Source of the DNA: a phage
Direction: 5' to 3' (one strand)
DNA length: 64,000 bases
NCBI GenBank assembly: GCA_029944565.1
Contig: GCA_029944565.1_4115.1
Both the position numbers and the translations under genes were made by a program. Below the pieces are notes generated by a model. That model did no database searches, was not told the origin of the DNA, and saw nothing but the letters and a program-made list of their open reading frames with translations. Positions 1-10,537 of the stretch are shown here, piece by piece; the stretch's first letter is position 1, and each line of letters starts with the position of its first letter.

Positions 1-25
1 AATCCTCATAAATTTAGACAAAAAA

Positions 26-157
26 TTAGTCTAGAATAAATCTCGACTTGTGTTTTACTTTACCATTTTTCATTTCTTTTTTACGATCCACATGTGTGTG
101 AGGCTTGTTAAACTCATTCATGTGTTTCTGTACGAAATTGTTTACTTTCTTAGCCAT
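26..157 (-). CDS. small basic hypothetical protein (43 aa)
   Basis: ATG with SD ggag ~8 nt upstream; Lys-rich; below ORF-track cutoff. Confidence 0.35.
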   Translation of the reverse strand: MAKKVNNFVQKHMNEFNKPHTHVDRKKEMKNGKVKHKSRFILD

Positions 158-159
158 AC

Positions 160-633
160 TTACTCCAAACTGGGATCTTTAACTGTTAGACTTTCTATGT
201 CACTCGCATAAAGAACTACATTGGATTGATTTTCAGACACTTTAAAGTCGTGATAACTGTCTTTGACGATAAAATTATCTAATATAAACCCTTTACTACA
301 GCACATCATAATTTTATCATCTTTGATTGTGTAGGTGTTTTTCTTTTTACGTACTTCAGATTGTGGCGTAATACTATCGTTATTACGAATAACACAATCA
401 ATATATTGTTCATTTGTACTCATAGGCATACCCATGATAAACGAGTTTTCAGTACTGATTGTTAGTATAAAAACGTTAGTATTTGGGTTGTGAAAAAAAT
501 CATGCATTGTCTTGCTACACAAAAATAGACATTGAATAATGTCCTTCACATTAAACATTATATCATGAACTTTGAATGCGTCCAACTCTAAAATGTCATC
601 AATTTTCCCATTTTCAACAGTTTTAATCTCCAT
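160..633 (-). CDS. hypothetical protein
   Basis: 157-aa ORF in minus-strand gene chain; no family A module seen. Confidence 0.55.
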   Translation of the reverse strand: MEIKTVENGKIDDILELDAFKVHDIMFNVKDIIQCLFLCSKTMHDFFHNPNTNVFILTISTENSFIMGMPMSTNEQYIDCVIRNNDSITPQSEVRKKKNTYTIKDDKIMMCCSKGFILDNFIVKDSYHDFKVSENQSNVVLYASDIESLTVKDPSLE

Positions 634-675
634 GATCTATCCTTGATCTTCTAATGCACTCCATGTGCGTTTTTA

Positions 676-1173
676 TTAAGTCACTGCATTATACTTCTCT
701 ATAGCATTAGTAATATTTAATATAGCTTCAGGAACCATTTCTTTATTGTATTCACGTTTTAAATTTTCCATTTTCTTAATAATTTCCAAGAAAAATGGCA
801 AAATACATGAAGTATCTGTAAAATTACATGAGTACAAAGTACTCATTTGAAATAATTCACCTGAATCAATATTAAGAGATTTGTATTCCTTAACAATGTT
901 TTCGTTTGTATTGAAAATATGAAATACTGTTCCCATGTGATGAAGATATACACCATTCTCATTTTGAATATTGCATGGTGTGATTACAATAGCAGTGTTG
1001 TCAATATTATTTACTATTGATAAACGTAGACTATGTAAACCTAAAATAACAGTACAATCACTTGAACTGCTTTGAATTTGGTCAGCAGTTTGTGTAACAC
1101 TTGTAATATTTTCCCCATCAAGACAACTCTTGATTTTATCAAATGAATTTTTCATTGATTTAGTTAGATACAT
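676..1173 (-). CDS. hypothetical protein, family A paralog (EE[LY]FQ-S module)
   Basis: motif SGELFQMSTLY; tandem minus-strand array. Confidence 0.6.
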   Translation of the reverse strand: MYLTKSMKNSFDKIKSCLDGENITSVTQTADQIQSSSSDCTVILGLHSLRLSIVNNIDNTAIVITPCNIQNENGVYLHHMGTVFHIFNTNENIVKEYKSLNIDSGELFQMSTLYSCNFTDTSCILPFFLEIIKKMENLKREYNKEMVPEAILNITNAIEKYNAVT

Positions 1174-1577
1174 TTATGAACACCTTCGAAATATTTGATT
1201 AATGATTTTATCATATCGCTACTAATGCCATGTAAGTCAACACCTAAACACTCGTATTGAAAAAAATCAATATCCTCTAGTGTGTTTAGATCAATTTCCA
1301 CCTTATCATGGCCCAACGAATTCATAATAACGTTTTTATCATTAATTGTCAAGAAAGTTTTTTTATCTGAACCTAAAAAGATTTTTACATGTTTTTTTGG
1401 CATTACATCATAAGATAAAGATTGTGAACCATAAATGTATATGCCTTCCATTGAACCAATATCTATAAAATATAGACGAATCCCTTTGTGGTATTTTGAC
1501 TCCTTAGTGATCGCCTCTATTAGTTCATCTGTGGTTGTTAACCTTGTTTCTTTCTTCTCTAAATTGCTCAAATGCAT
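1164..1577 (-). CDS. hypothetical protein, family A-like (divergent)
   Basis: motif DIDFFQYECLG; start uncertain (overlaps neighbour). Confidence 0.5.
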   Translation of the reverse strand: MHLSNLEKKETRLTTTDELIEAITKESKYHKGIRLYFIDIGSMEGIYIYGSQSLSYDVMPKKHVKIFLGSDKKTFLTINDKNVIMNSLGHDKVEIDLNTLEDIDFFQYECLGVDLHGISSDMIKSLIKYFEGVHKCI

Positions 1578-1998
1578 AAAATAATACCTTGATCATTTGT
1601 AATGTTTCTGACATTACATCAGCAGAAAATTGAACATCAGTGTATTTTACCATAGTACTTTGAGTAAAGAAAGTAGCTTCAATATCATCAAGGTCAAATG
1701 GTTCATCAAATAAATTAGTACTGAACATATCAGTTTTTTTCTTATAAGTCAACATAAACTTAGCACTGTATCTCAATACAATTTCATCTTTACTTACTAA
1801 AATTCGTGCAATGTTCTGTCTACCCAGTGTTGTAATGTTAACATTAAACGTATTCTTTCGTGCCTCAACAATATCAACGAAATAACCATCACCTTGGTAA
1901 ACGTTATGACGAACTTCTAATCCTTGTTGAACTGTATTGAACAGTGCGTCCTGGATAAAATAATTTGCAGTATCGATGTTTCCTAAAATATCTAACAT
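1525..1998 (-). CDS. hypothetical protein, family A-like (divergent)
   Basis: motif EATFFTQSTMV. Confidence 0.5.
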   Translation of the reverse strand: MLDILGNIDTANYFIQDALFNTVQQGLEVRHNVYQGDGYFVDIVEARKNTFNVNITTLGRQNIARILVSKDEIVLRYSAKFMLTYKKKTDMFSTNLFDEPFDLDDIEATFFTQSTMVKYTDVQFSADVMSETLQMIKVLFYAFEQFREERNKVNNHR

Positions 1999-2528
1999 AA
2001 CTTCTCCTTTATAGCTGTCATATTTAGAAGAAATTCAGTAAGCAATTCCTCCGTAACATGCTCTGTATACCAGAATATCACAATATCTTTTGAAAGTCGT
2101 GTATTCATAAAAATATCTACTAACTCTTTGTAGAACTCTAGTGTTTCGAGATTTGTTAGAATTAACGAGTACTGAAAGAGTAATTCTTCCGTTAGATTAA
2201 ATTCTGGATAAAGTAAATCATTGAACTCATGTGATGCAGTTTGAACTTTAATTTCTTTGAAGTTATTGGTTATACAACCGGAATAAATATTTCTGTGCAA
2301 CTCTCTGTACAACGCAGCATAATCTATGAATTTTGCTTTAGGGTTAAAATCAAGAACACTTTCACCTTTATATGACAATCGGTGGAACGCCGAGAACATA
2401 GTCACTTCCCACGGTTGCTTAATATCTAGCTCAGTAATATCAATATTATTGGACAGAAGAACCGTAAAAATCTCACCAATCTTTAATAGTAACTTAGTAC
2501 GTGCCAGTGCTACCATCGGGTCAGTCAT
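1992..2528 (-). CDS. hypothetical protein, family A paralog
   Basis: motif EELLFQYSLIL. Confidence 0.6.
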   Translation of the reverse strand: MTDPMVALARTKLLLKIGEIFTVLLSNNIDITELDIKQPWEVTMFSAFHRLSYKGESVLDFNPKAKFIDYAALYRELHRNIYSGCITNNFKEIKVQTASHEFNDLLYPEFNLTEELLFQYSLILTNLETLEFYKELVDIFMNTRLSKDIVIFWYTEHVTEELLTEFLLNMTAIKEKLC

Positions 2529-2941
2529 TATACACCTTCATATTCATCAAGAAAATCTTCGATAATCATTTCAGCTTCATCCATATGCATAGCATCAACT
2601 TCAATGATGCGAACTTTAGATGCATCCCAAATCATATAACTAGGAACATTATCAGGCTCGTAGTCATTTTTGTACTGAACAGCATCATAACCTTGAGTAG
2701 TGCAATTCTCAATAAGTGAACGCCACTCATCATCACTGCCTAAATCTTCACACAGAAGCACGTTATCAACATCAACTTCTAAGGTATGCAAGTATACTGT
2801 ACATGCGTCTACTACGTTCAGTGGGCTTCTCAGCTTGCGTAACGCAGCTTCCAAAGCACTGTGTTTACCTCCCATATGAAGACCACCATACGGGATATAA
2901 AAGTTATCAATTTTTACAGTACTCGCATGATACAGTTTCAT
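2528..2941 (-). CDS. hypothetical protein
   Basis: 137-aa ORF; no family A module. Confidence 0.55.
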   Translation of the reverse strand: MKLYHASTVKIDNFYIPYGGLHMGGKHSALEAALRKLRSPLNVVDACTVYLHTLEVDVDNVLLCEDLGSDDEWRSLIENCTTQGYDAVQYKNDYEPDNVPSYMIWDASKVRIIEVDAMHMDEAEMIIEDFLDEYEGV

Positions 2942-2950
2942 ATTTCATTC

Positions 2951-3535
2951 CTATTTCAGTACTTTAGTCAATGCTTTCACAGCGGTTTCGAGTTGAGCAT
3001 AGTCGTTAATTGTAAGGTAATGAATACCATGTGCCTTCATTTCAGCATCTATTTTACTATATAAATCAAACATGTCAAGGATATGATTGTATGCATATGA
3101 AGTATTTGAAACACACAATTCTTGGAACAAACGTTCTTCCAAGTCATTCACAACTTCTCCATGAATATCAAGTACTACACCATCTTTGTAAGTGTAGTAC
3201 TCTTCACTCCACTCTTCAGAAAGTCGGAACAGTAACGGATTCCCGCCGAACACTTCCATGTCATAGGAATTTATCTCACTAAGTAGTGTTTCACCTGGTT
3301 CTGGTGTGAAGTCAAAATATGCGAGTGTTGTACCATCATAGTCCTTGAGTGATATACCAGTATGATTTAAGGTTACTTCACCATAATTATTATTCTTGAA
3401 CTTGATTTTGATATTAATCTCAATGTATTTTATTGTCTCATCATCACTGAAATTGTAATCAACTTTATACTTTTTCCAAAGAAGTTTGATATCTTTGAAG
3501 TACTTTAATTTACTTTCAATTTCTTTAAAGTCCAT
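2951..3535 (-). CDS. hypothetical protein, family A paralog
   Basis: motif EERLFQELCVS. Confidence 0.6.
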   Translation of the reverse strand: MDFKEIESKLKYFKDIKLLWKKYKVDYNFSDDETIKYIEINIKIKFKNNNYGEVTLNHTGISLKDYDGTTLAYFDFTPEPGETLLSEINSYDMEVFGGNPLLFRLSEEWSEEYYTYKDGVVLDIHGEVVNDLEERLFQELCVSNTSYAYNHILDMFDLYSKIDAEMKAHGIHYLTINDYAQLETAVKALTKVLK

Positions 3536-4127
3536 CTGGAACCACCATTTCTTGAATGTGCTTACATTTTATATTTGCCATATTGGTATGTAATATAATG
3601 CTGTGTTTACGCAATGATTTTACTTTGTAGCACTCATTGAGTACCGAAATAATTCCCCATAACTCTTCTACACTAATAGTGATAGGTTCACTTGTACTCA
3701 GTTGCATCAGTGCTGCTTGAACATCATCTTTGTTATTAATAGTGAACTGGATTCCTCTTTTGAGAATTTTAGTTTTTGGATTGTACTCAGCTAATACATC
3801 ACCTTCTGGATAACCCTCATGAAGTAATAATGTTGTTTCAAAATCACCGCAGTTGAAGTTAATTTCATCATAATCAGGTACACAAATGTTCCCTTCCCCG
3901 TACTCATTAGGTTCAGATTCTAGTGTTAAAATACGCTGAGTCTCATTGCTCAGGATGATAGAATCATTCCAGTACTGGGTAGTGAATGCTCTACGTTTCT
4001 TTTGAAAGCACATACTCGACATTGAACCATACTTCTTGTATATGGACTTCTTGAACTCAATAGCAGCAGGAGCCACCTTGATAACTTCACGAATTAAGTC
4101 AATAGCTTCTTGATAACTTTTTCTCAT
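3525..4127 (-). CDS. hypothetical protein (possibly divergent family A)
   Basis: 200-aa ORF; weak VEELWGIISV. Confidence 0.55.
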   Translation of the reverse strand: MRKSYQEAIDLIREVIKVAPAAIEFKKSIYKKYGSMSSMCFQKKRRAFTTQYWNDSIILSNETQRILTLESEPNEYGEGNICVPDYDEINFNCGDFETTLLLHEGYPEGDVLAEYNPKTKILKRGIQFTINNKDDVQAALMQLSTSEPITISVEELWGIISVLNECYKVKSLRKHSIILHTNMANIKCKHIQEMVVPDGL

Positions 4128-4675
4128 TTATCGTATCCATATAAAATATGATCTAGTGTACTTTGTACTTCTTCATGAAAGAATGAAGGGTAAACTTGTA
4201 TCAATTTATCTTTAAGTTCAAGGGAATGGCATAGTTCTAATGTTTTGTAACAATCCTCGTACTGTGCCAGATCATGTAATGTACTTAACTGAAAATGTTG
4301 TTCTTCGGAGTACAATAAATCATAAACCATATTATCGGATAAAAGATTAGATTTGATTGAAGGATCAAGTACTGTCTGGTGGTGACCAACCCAAAAGATA
4401 GCTTTTGAGTTAATGTTATTACAACCCCATCCTTTCCCCATCTTTTGGTGAATAGCAAATACACAGGAATCATACAAATTAATGCTCAGACGTTCTTCGT
4501 CTGCATGGATAGTTACACCATCAATAGATAGTGTATATTTGAAATCCATAGCCCCCTCACTTCGTGCACGAGAACTAAAGACCAGATATCGATGAATTAT
4601 GGTATTGATTTTATCTGTCCATCCATCAACACATTTGGATGCACATAATGTAAAAAGATCATGATTGTAGTTCAT
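4124..4675 (-). CDS. hypothetical protein, family A paralog
   Basis: motif EEQHFQLSTLH. Confidence 0.6.
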   Translation of the reverse strand: MNYNHDLFTLCASKCVDGWTDKINTIIHRYLVFSSRARSEGAMDFKYTLSIDGVTIHADEERLSINLYDSCVFAIHQKMGKGWGCNNINSKAIFWVGHHQTVLDPSIKSNLLSDNMVYDLLYSEEQHFQLSTLHDLAQYEDCYKTLELCHSLELKDKLIQVYPSFFHEEVQSTLDHILYGYDK

Positions 4676-4736
4676 AAAATTCTCCTTTAGGACAATGTAT
4701 CATACAAAAATACCAGAGTCAACCCCTGGTACGAAT

Positions 4737-5318
4737 TTAATCCATCATAAGTGGGATAATTGCCCATATCTTTTTCATAATCATATCTTCAGTAAAAACA
4801 AATGTTTTAGGAGCAGTATATGATATTGACACACCAAATGGAAGTTTGATTGCATCATCAATTATATTATGAATATCAAACCATGTTTTAACATAATCAT
4901 ACGGTGGAAGTTCATGAATTGTACTTAACTGAAAGTAATTCTCTTCACCAAAATCACTATATTCAATTTCACAAATTTTAGTGAATTGATGATTCCATTT
5001 AGATATAATACTATTTTTATTATTGTACATAGTAGTTCTATGCATAAAACCATTTTTGCTAGTATGATTTGATATTACGTTTTCTTCAATGTCAGTATCT
5101 ATTTTAAAATTCATATCAAAGTTGTAGTACGGACTTGACGATTCTTTGAATTTTAAATGTAAATTGCGATTGTTATTAATTTCAATTTCAATACAAAACA
5201 CATCTGAATCAAAACGATTAAACTTGTAATCGTTATCTTCCGGTAGATTCTGTATTTTTTTCATAATACTAAGCATAGGGTGTACTACACTTTTAATAAA
5301 ATCATTTGTTATTTTCAT
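4737..5318 (-). CDS. hypothetical protein, family A paralog
   Basis: motif EENYFQLSTIH. Confidence 0.6.
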   Translation of the reverse strand: MKITNDFIKSVVHPMLSIMKKIQNLPEDNDYKFNRFDSDVFCIEIEINNNRNLHLKFKESSSPYYNFDMNFKIDTDIEENVISNHTSKNGFMHRTTMYNNKNSIISKWNHQFTKICEIEYSDFGEENYFQLSTIHELPPYDYVKTWFDIHNIIDDAIKLPFGVSISYTAPKTFVFTEDMIMKKIWAIIPLMMD

Positions 5319-5811
5319 AGTATTCCTTTAGAACTTTATATGATTCAACAATACTATCTTGTGTATAATTTGAACTATATACAACAGCACTTGTTTTAGT
5401 TGACCATAGATATGACATAAAGGTTATAACACTACTACATGGACTTAATGTATTGTTTTGAAATTCAATTTCTTCAATGTTATCAGTACTGGTATAGATG
5501 AATTGGAAAGTACCCATTGATTTATTGGACAGCGATACTATAGTAGAATCCGTACCAGGACTATACATGAATGTCTCATTACTAATTGAACTATCATTAG
5601 TATATGATGGTTTGGGAATATAAATCAAACGCATGATATCGCGTTCAAGACCTGACTTATTACTTTCCACCAAAGAAATCATATCTATATTTGATATATG
5701 TTCAACACTGACATGGAACTTTTTGTCGAGAATCACATCTCCATGAGAATTTTTATATGAAGACAAAATCTCATACATCTCAACTAATTCGCGTGCATTT
5801 AATAAACTCAT
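5302..5811 (-). CDS. hypothetical protein, family A paralog
   Basis: motif EEIEFQNNTLS. Confidence 0.55.
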   Translation of the reverse strand: MSLLNARELVEMYEILSSYKNSHGDVILDKKFHVSVEHISNIDMISLVESNKSGLERDIMRLIYIPKPSYTNDSSISNETFMYSPGTDSTIVSLSNKSMGTFQFIYTSTDNIEEIEFQNNTLSPCSSVITFMSYLWSTKTSAVVYSSNYTQDSIVESYKVLKEYYENNK

Positions 5812-6236
5812 GTTTTGTCTCTTAATGAAAGAATATCCTTAGTATAAACTGAAACAGAAATATGATTATATTTCATCATTAATTTATACACATAAGAAGC
5901 TAGTACTAAATCGTAAATTAATTTAGTATTATACAGTACTTGGTATTGTAACGCAAGTGAATCAATATCATCTTTACTTTCAATATCCAGAAATGTACCG
6001 AAAAATGTAGTACCGTAGAGATGAAAAGTGGAATTAATGCAATCAATGCATTCATTGTCCAATAGAGTAGATGCTGATGCCCTCGGTGAATCCCAAATAG
6101 TCACTGCGTGTATGCCCTCAACGAACAAATCTATCCATATTTTGTGTCGTTGTCTTTTTTTTGTTTTATAATTTTCTGGATTTGAAAGTGTAGTTTCAAT
6201 TATATCCCATATGTACAAACAATCATCTCTTGTCAT
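5808..6236 (-). CDS. hypothetical protein (divergent family A?)
   Basis: 142-aa ORF, coupled to neighbours. Confidence 0.5.
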   Translation of the reverse strand: MTRDDCLYIWDIIETTLSNPENYKTKKRQRHKIWIDLFVEGIHAVTIWDSPRASASTLLDNECIDCINSTFHLYGTTFFGTFLDIESKDDIDSLALQYQVLYNTKLIYDLVLASYVYKLMMKYNHISVSVYTKDILSLRDKT

Positions 6237-6814
6237 TGTAGCACCTTATCCATTGCTGCATTTAATGCTTTTAAACGATCAACATTCAAAGTATTGAAGA
6301 TGTACGTTCCTAAAATGTGGAAATCGAATTGGTTCTTTTTGTATGTATGATAAATTAAACTACAAAAAACAACAGTACTAAGAACCTCTTCAGGTATAAC
6401 AGTGCTCATCTGGAACAGTTCTTCTTCAACTGTACTTGAATCTGGATTGATAGCTTTTAACACATACTCTTCATCACCGAATAGTACTTTAATATTATAT
6501 AAAACACCAATAGTACTAATATGGAATGGGTGATGTGAAAAACTTCCATCATCCTTAATTTGTATATCGGTTCTAATCTCACACTCTTCATTACTTTTAC
6601 TTTTATTTTTTACAATACAAATATTTCTGGCCCCAGAAATAGTAAGAATACCGTGGTCGTAATATTCATTTGACCAACATTTAGATGAAATTGATACATC
6701 ACGGATGAGATATTGTTTTTCAATTTCTTTCGCACTACCAACAATTGATAGCATTTTTTTACTGATATCATATAATAACTGATGGCGTTCTGTCATATAA
6801 CTATAAGCGTTCAT
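6233..6814 (-). CDS. hypothetical protein, family A paralog
   Basis: motif EEELFQMSTVI. Confidence 0.6.
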   Translation of the reverse strand: MNAYSYMTERHQLLYDISKKMLSIVGSAKEIEKQYLIRDVSISSKCWSNEYYDHGILTISGARNICIVKNKSKSNEECEIRTDIQIKDDGSFSHHPFHISTIGVLYNIKVLFGDEEYVLKAINPDSSTVEEELFQMSTVIPEEVLSTVVFCSLIYHTYKKNQFDFHILGTYIFNTLNVDRLKALNAAMDKVLQ

Positions 6815-7385
6815 ATTTTTCCTTAACAGATTCTATATTTTGAAGTAGTGTATTCAGAACATCAGTCTTGCAATTGATAAAATCATTGTACATAACTAGT
6901 TCACCACAATCAAGAATTTTTGCAGTATCGTAACAAAGCATTAAGTACTCGAATTCTTTGTAATTGTCCAACAAGGATTTCTGGAAAATGAATGCATCTC
7001 GAATATCTTCACTTTGGTCTAATTCTGGTGGAACATCCAACCCAATAAATCCATCATCTTCACTGAAATTAGATTCTACAATTTTATTCATTTTTTCATG
7101 TAATGCATTCGCAAATACCATATTAGAAGAAATAGAACCAATACGTTCACGATTTCTGGATGTGCGAATGTACATAGTAATCGTATCCCATGAACTTTTA
7201 ATTTTTTTAGAAAATTCATAAGTTTTATATACATCCAACTGAACTGATCCAAAACGATGTTTGGATTTGTTTTCAATTTTCAGTCGATAATCATCAAATT
7301 CAACAATTTCTGTAATGTCATGAATCTCTGAAAGTTCTGCAATGTCATGCATGAGTCTCAAAATTTTAGTTCTGATATGGTTCAT
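6801..7385 (-). CDS. hypothetical protein, family A paralog
   Basis: motif DAFIFQKSLLD. Confidence 0.55.
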   Translation of the reverse strand: MNHIRTKILRLMHDIAELSEIHDITEIVEFDDYRLKIENKSKHRFGSVQLDVYKTYEFSKKIKSSWDTITMYIRTSRNRERIGSISSNMVFANALHEKMNKIVESNFSEDDGFIGLDVPPELDQSEDIRDAFIFQKSLLDNYKEFEYLMLCYDTAKILDCGELVMYNDFINCKTDVLNTLLQNIESVKEKYERL

Positions 7386-7960
7386 TGTGCATCCTCGAAT
7401 TTAACAGGTACATGTTCATTAATGAAATTCTTAAGAGCCTGTACTAAATCCTCTAATTCTTTTGTACTGTATTTTAAAATAGTTTTAAAGTGAATCAAAT
7501 CTTTTCTTTCCATGATCTTTGGAATTTTATATGCTAACTCTAAACAGCGTACAGTACTGGCATCATACAAAAGGTTTGCGTTGAACATTAGAACATTGTA
7601 TTCATCAGATGAAATTTTATAATTATATGTATCAATCACTTCATGTGTGTATAAATTCTTATACACAATTTTATTCTCACTGAAGTTTGAGCAAACACAC
7701 AGATGATCGTTGTAAAATGAAGAACGATAATCTTGTTTACGTTGTACATCTGCTATGATTTGTAATACTGTATATTTTTCTTCAGAATCCAACTCAATGT
7801 TAGCATAACTGCTCGCAGTTTCAGATACAAGGATATTGATGTTATATTTCTCATTAACTTTAATGTACTGGCGTGAGCCAGTATCAGGAATGAACTTAAA
7901 ACAATGCTTCAGAAGTAATGTGACTTCTTTAATTAATTCAGTACTCATAGATTCCTCCAA
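7382..7960 (-). CDS. hypothetical protein (divergent family A?)
   Basis: 192-aa ORF; SD ggagg before ATG. Confidence 0.55.
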   Translation of the reverse strand: MEESMSTELIKEVTLLLKHCFKFIPDTGSRQYIKVNEKYNINILVSETASSYANIELDSEEKYTVLQIIADVQRKQDYRSSFYNDHLCVCSNFSENKIVYKNLYTHEVIDTYNYKISSDEYNVLMFNANLLYDASTVRCLELAYKIPKIMERKDLIHFKTILKYSTKELEDLVQALKNFINEHVPVKFEDAQ

Positions 7961-7975
7961 CTCTAGTTAAAATCA

Positions 7976-8003
7976 AGTATAACACACCTGAATGCTCTTG
8001 TAA
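7976..8003 (-). promoter_or_regulatory. sigma70-like promoter (TTACAA-16-TATACT)
   Basis: -35/-10 hexamers read on minus strand upstream of 7382..7960. Confidence 0.4.
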
Positions 8004-8008
8004 AGCCA

Positions 8009-8036
8009 TAAACACAAAAAGACCCATACGGGTCTT
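8009..8036 (-). terminator. rho-independent terminator
   Basis: hairpin agacccatacgggtct followed by U-run on minus strand, right after stop of 8036..8602. Confidence 0.6.
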
Positions 8037-8602
8037 TATTTTGGTAAAACACTGTCAATGTACGCTAGAACCTCATCTCGAAGGTACGTTCCATCTATAG
8101 TTAGGTAATAGTTCATGGGAATATCACTCCCAACCTTCTCATAAATTTTCATACATGATATCACATCTTCATCACAAATGGTACTCAATTGAAAAAGAAC
8201 TTCATCGGTTAACGGTACGATATCATGTTTAGATAGGGGATTTGTATTTTCATTCAACACAATATTAATCAAGTTAGGAGTATTCTTTGACGAAATATAA
8301 CGATGCTTACTACGAATTACCATTCTCGATAGTGAAATACTGGAACTCCATCTTGGATCAACATCTTCATATGATAACGATATTAACATCTCGTGAAAAT
8401 CTTGAAATTTCATTGACGCATAATATGTTTTATCCTCACCGTACATACCAAATGATTTAAATTCAATATCCCCCACTTTGTATGTATCGACATCATTATT
8501 TGAGAACTTTATTAAACTATTAATTAGTCTAATTAGAATATCATCTTTATCCATTCTTAAATAACTCCAAGTGCATGTCGTATAAATCTCTGAAGTCTTC
8601 AT
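8036..8602 (-). CDS. hypothetical protein, family A paralog
   Basis: motif DEVLFQLSTIC; start may be internal Met (~8554). Confidence 0.6.
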   Translation of the reverse strand: MKTSEIYTTCTWSYLRMDKDDILIRLINSLIKFSNNDVDTYKVGDIEFKSFGMYGEDKTYYASMKFQDFHEMLISLSYEDVDPRWSSSISLSRMVIRSKHRYISSKNTPNLINIVLNENTNPLSKHDIVPLTDEVLFQLSTICDEDVISCMKIYEKVGSDIPMNYYLTIDGTYLRDEVLAYIDSVLPK

Positions 8603-9110
8603 AGAAATCTTTTTCTACCAGAATATCCTTTAAACTAGGAAACTCTTCCATAATTTCTTCTATATCCGATTCTATGAAAAACCCTGATGGTTTATCGTAG
8701 TTTTGTAACAGATAACTGAAAGTAATAATGTAAAGAAGTTCATTAGGATTGTGAATTAAACTTAGCTGGAACATAGCTGATTCTAAATCGGATTCAGTAC
8801 TAAGATCAACCCAACGTGAATTTCTATAATCAATTCGTACTTGACTTGTATTTGGATTCCATGTGAAGCAATGTGTACCAATATGACCTATACAACCAAC
8901 CCTTGTACTGTCTCCGGTATCAACACTGATATCAACAAATAGTTCAACACAGATATCGGATGATGTTACACGACCTTTTTTCAGAAATAAATCATTATCC
9001 TTACGAAATTGTTTGGATGAAAGAGTGTCAATGATGCACATCAATGTTTTTGCAAATGCAACACAATGACGAAATTCAAGCCTATGAAATTGGTAATCAT
9101 TGATATTCAT
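8547..9110 (-). CDS. hypothetical protein, family A paralog
   Basis: motif ESAMFQLSLIH. Confidence 0.6.
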   Translation of the reverse strand: MNINDYQFHRLEFRHCVAFAKTLMCIIDTLSSKQFRKDNDLFLKKGRVTSSDICVELFVDISVDTGDSTRVGCIGHIGTHCFTWNPNTSQVRIDYRNSRWVDLSTESDLESAMFQLSLIHNPNELLYIITFSYLLQNYDKPSGFFIESDIEEIMEEFPSLKDILVEKDFYEDFRDLYDMHLELFKNG

Positions 9111-9649
9111 AATTCAACCCCCAATATTTTATCAGCAATTGATATAACCTTATCATTGAATACATTACCAATCTCAATCCTTATATACATAGCAGGTGGA
9201 ATCTTTCCTTGTAGTGAATAATATGTTTGTATACCTAAGTACTCATTATCTGATAATGAAAATTTGATTCTCTCCATATCAATGTCTGTTACTGGTAAAT
9301 CAATCATTTCATAATGGTAGTCAACGTTTTCAGTGTATATTTTATCGAAGTAATTTGAATAATCACTACTAATATAGATGCTATCATCACGAATAATCAC
9401 TTTATAATCAGAAGGTTCAAATTTATCTTTAGAAGAAAAGAATGCATCATCTATCTTCTCTTCTCTTATACCGAATAACATTTTACCATCATATTTTACA
9501 TCAAGAATACTACCTAGTATATTAATGGTACAATGCTCATCAATATTATGACGTAAAGAACGAGTCTTGTATTTTGGGTTAATGAAAATTTTCATTAATT
9601 TTATACAAATGTCAGTAATGCATTTTACATTCTCATTTTCTATGTACAT
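9107..9649 (-). CDS. hypothetical protein (divergent family A?)
   Basis: 180-aa ORF, ATGA-coupled. Confidence 0.5.
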   Translation of the reverse strand: MYIENENVKCITDICIKLMKIFINPKYKTRSLRHNIDEHCTINILGSILDVKYDGKMLFGIREEKIDDAFFSSKDKFEPSDYKVIIRDDSIYISSDYSNYFDKIYTENVDYHYEMIDLPVTDIDMERIKFSLSDNEYLGIQTYYSLQGKIPPAMYIRIEIGNVFNDKVISIADKILGVEL

Positions 9650-10136
9650 TAAAAGCCCTCTTTAATTCTTTTACATTTTTAATGAATACTTTCATTGCAG
9701 AAATCTCAAAAGATAATGTATTAAATTTGCAGTACTTTTTAAAGTACGACATTATGAATAACATTTTGAGTTCTTTTTCTGTATAAATTAAACTGTTTTG
9801 AAAGTAACTTTCTTCGGAAATGTCCGTAAGAAAAGAATAAAATGTATTTTGCTTGTGCACAATTTTAATACTATCAGACCAAGATTTGTATGAAACGTAA
9901 TCAGTACGTGCAAAATCATATAGTGAATTAGATGTATCTGTGTATGTTTCCGAGAACACAATCTTATATATCTTATCTTGAATTCGAGAACATATGTACC
10001 TATGGTCATCTGTCTCACTGATTGCAATGTATCTATGGAGTAAATCTTTATGAGCATTGATGAACTCAAACACTTCTAAACACTCCTTAGCGAACTTCAT
10101 AGTTTCTCTGTACTTTCGGTTCATTAGTCTCTCCAA
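9633..10136 (-). CDS. hypothetical protein, family A paralog
   Basis: motif EESYFQNSLIY. Confidence 0.6.
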   Translation of the reverse strand: MERLMNRKYRETMKFAKECLEVFEFINAHKDLLHRYIAISETDDHRYICSRIQDKIYKIVFSETYTDTSNSLYDFARTDYVSYKSWSDSIKIVHKQNTFYSFLTDISEESYFQNSLIYTEKELKMLFIMSYFKKYCKFNTLSFEISAMKVFIKNVKELKRAFNVHRK

Positions 10137-10537
10137 ACTTTACCAGGGAAGTGTTTTTCGTAGTACTCATCATCACTTAACATATAATCAGGAGTTTCTA
10201 CTTCTATGGTTTTGAAGATTGTTTCTGGAATGTGTGTGACTTTATTGGGTTGTACTTTATGTTCGCGTAAAACCTTCTGTATCGCTCCTAGACGTTGTAA
10301 ATCGATACATGTAGGAAGAACTAAGCTGTACTGGAATAACTCATCAGGGGTCATTATAGACACATCCTTAGCTTGTTTGATTTTATTGTTGGCATCAATG
10401 AATATATCAAATCCATGTACAGCATTATAGCTTACATAGGTTGTTTTATTTTTGTCAATAGGAGCACTTAAACGATATCCATATACCCCGTGTTGATCAA
10501 CAAGACAGCGTTGCATAATTTTAATCATTTCTAACAT
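10124..10537 (-). CDS. hypothetical protein, family A paralog
   Basis: motif PDELFQYSLVL. Confidence 0.6.
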   Translation of the reverse strand: MLEMIKIMQRCLVDQHGVYGYRLSAPIDKNKTTYVSYNAVHGFDIFIDANNKIKQAKDVSIMTPDELFQYSLVLPTCIDLQRLGAIQKVLREHKVQPNKVTHIPETIFKTIEVETPDYMLSDDEYYEKHFPGKVWRD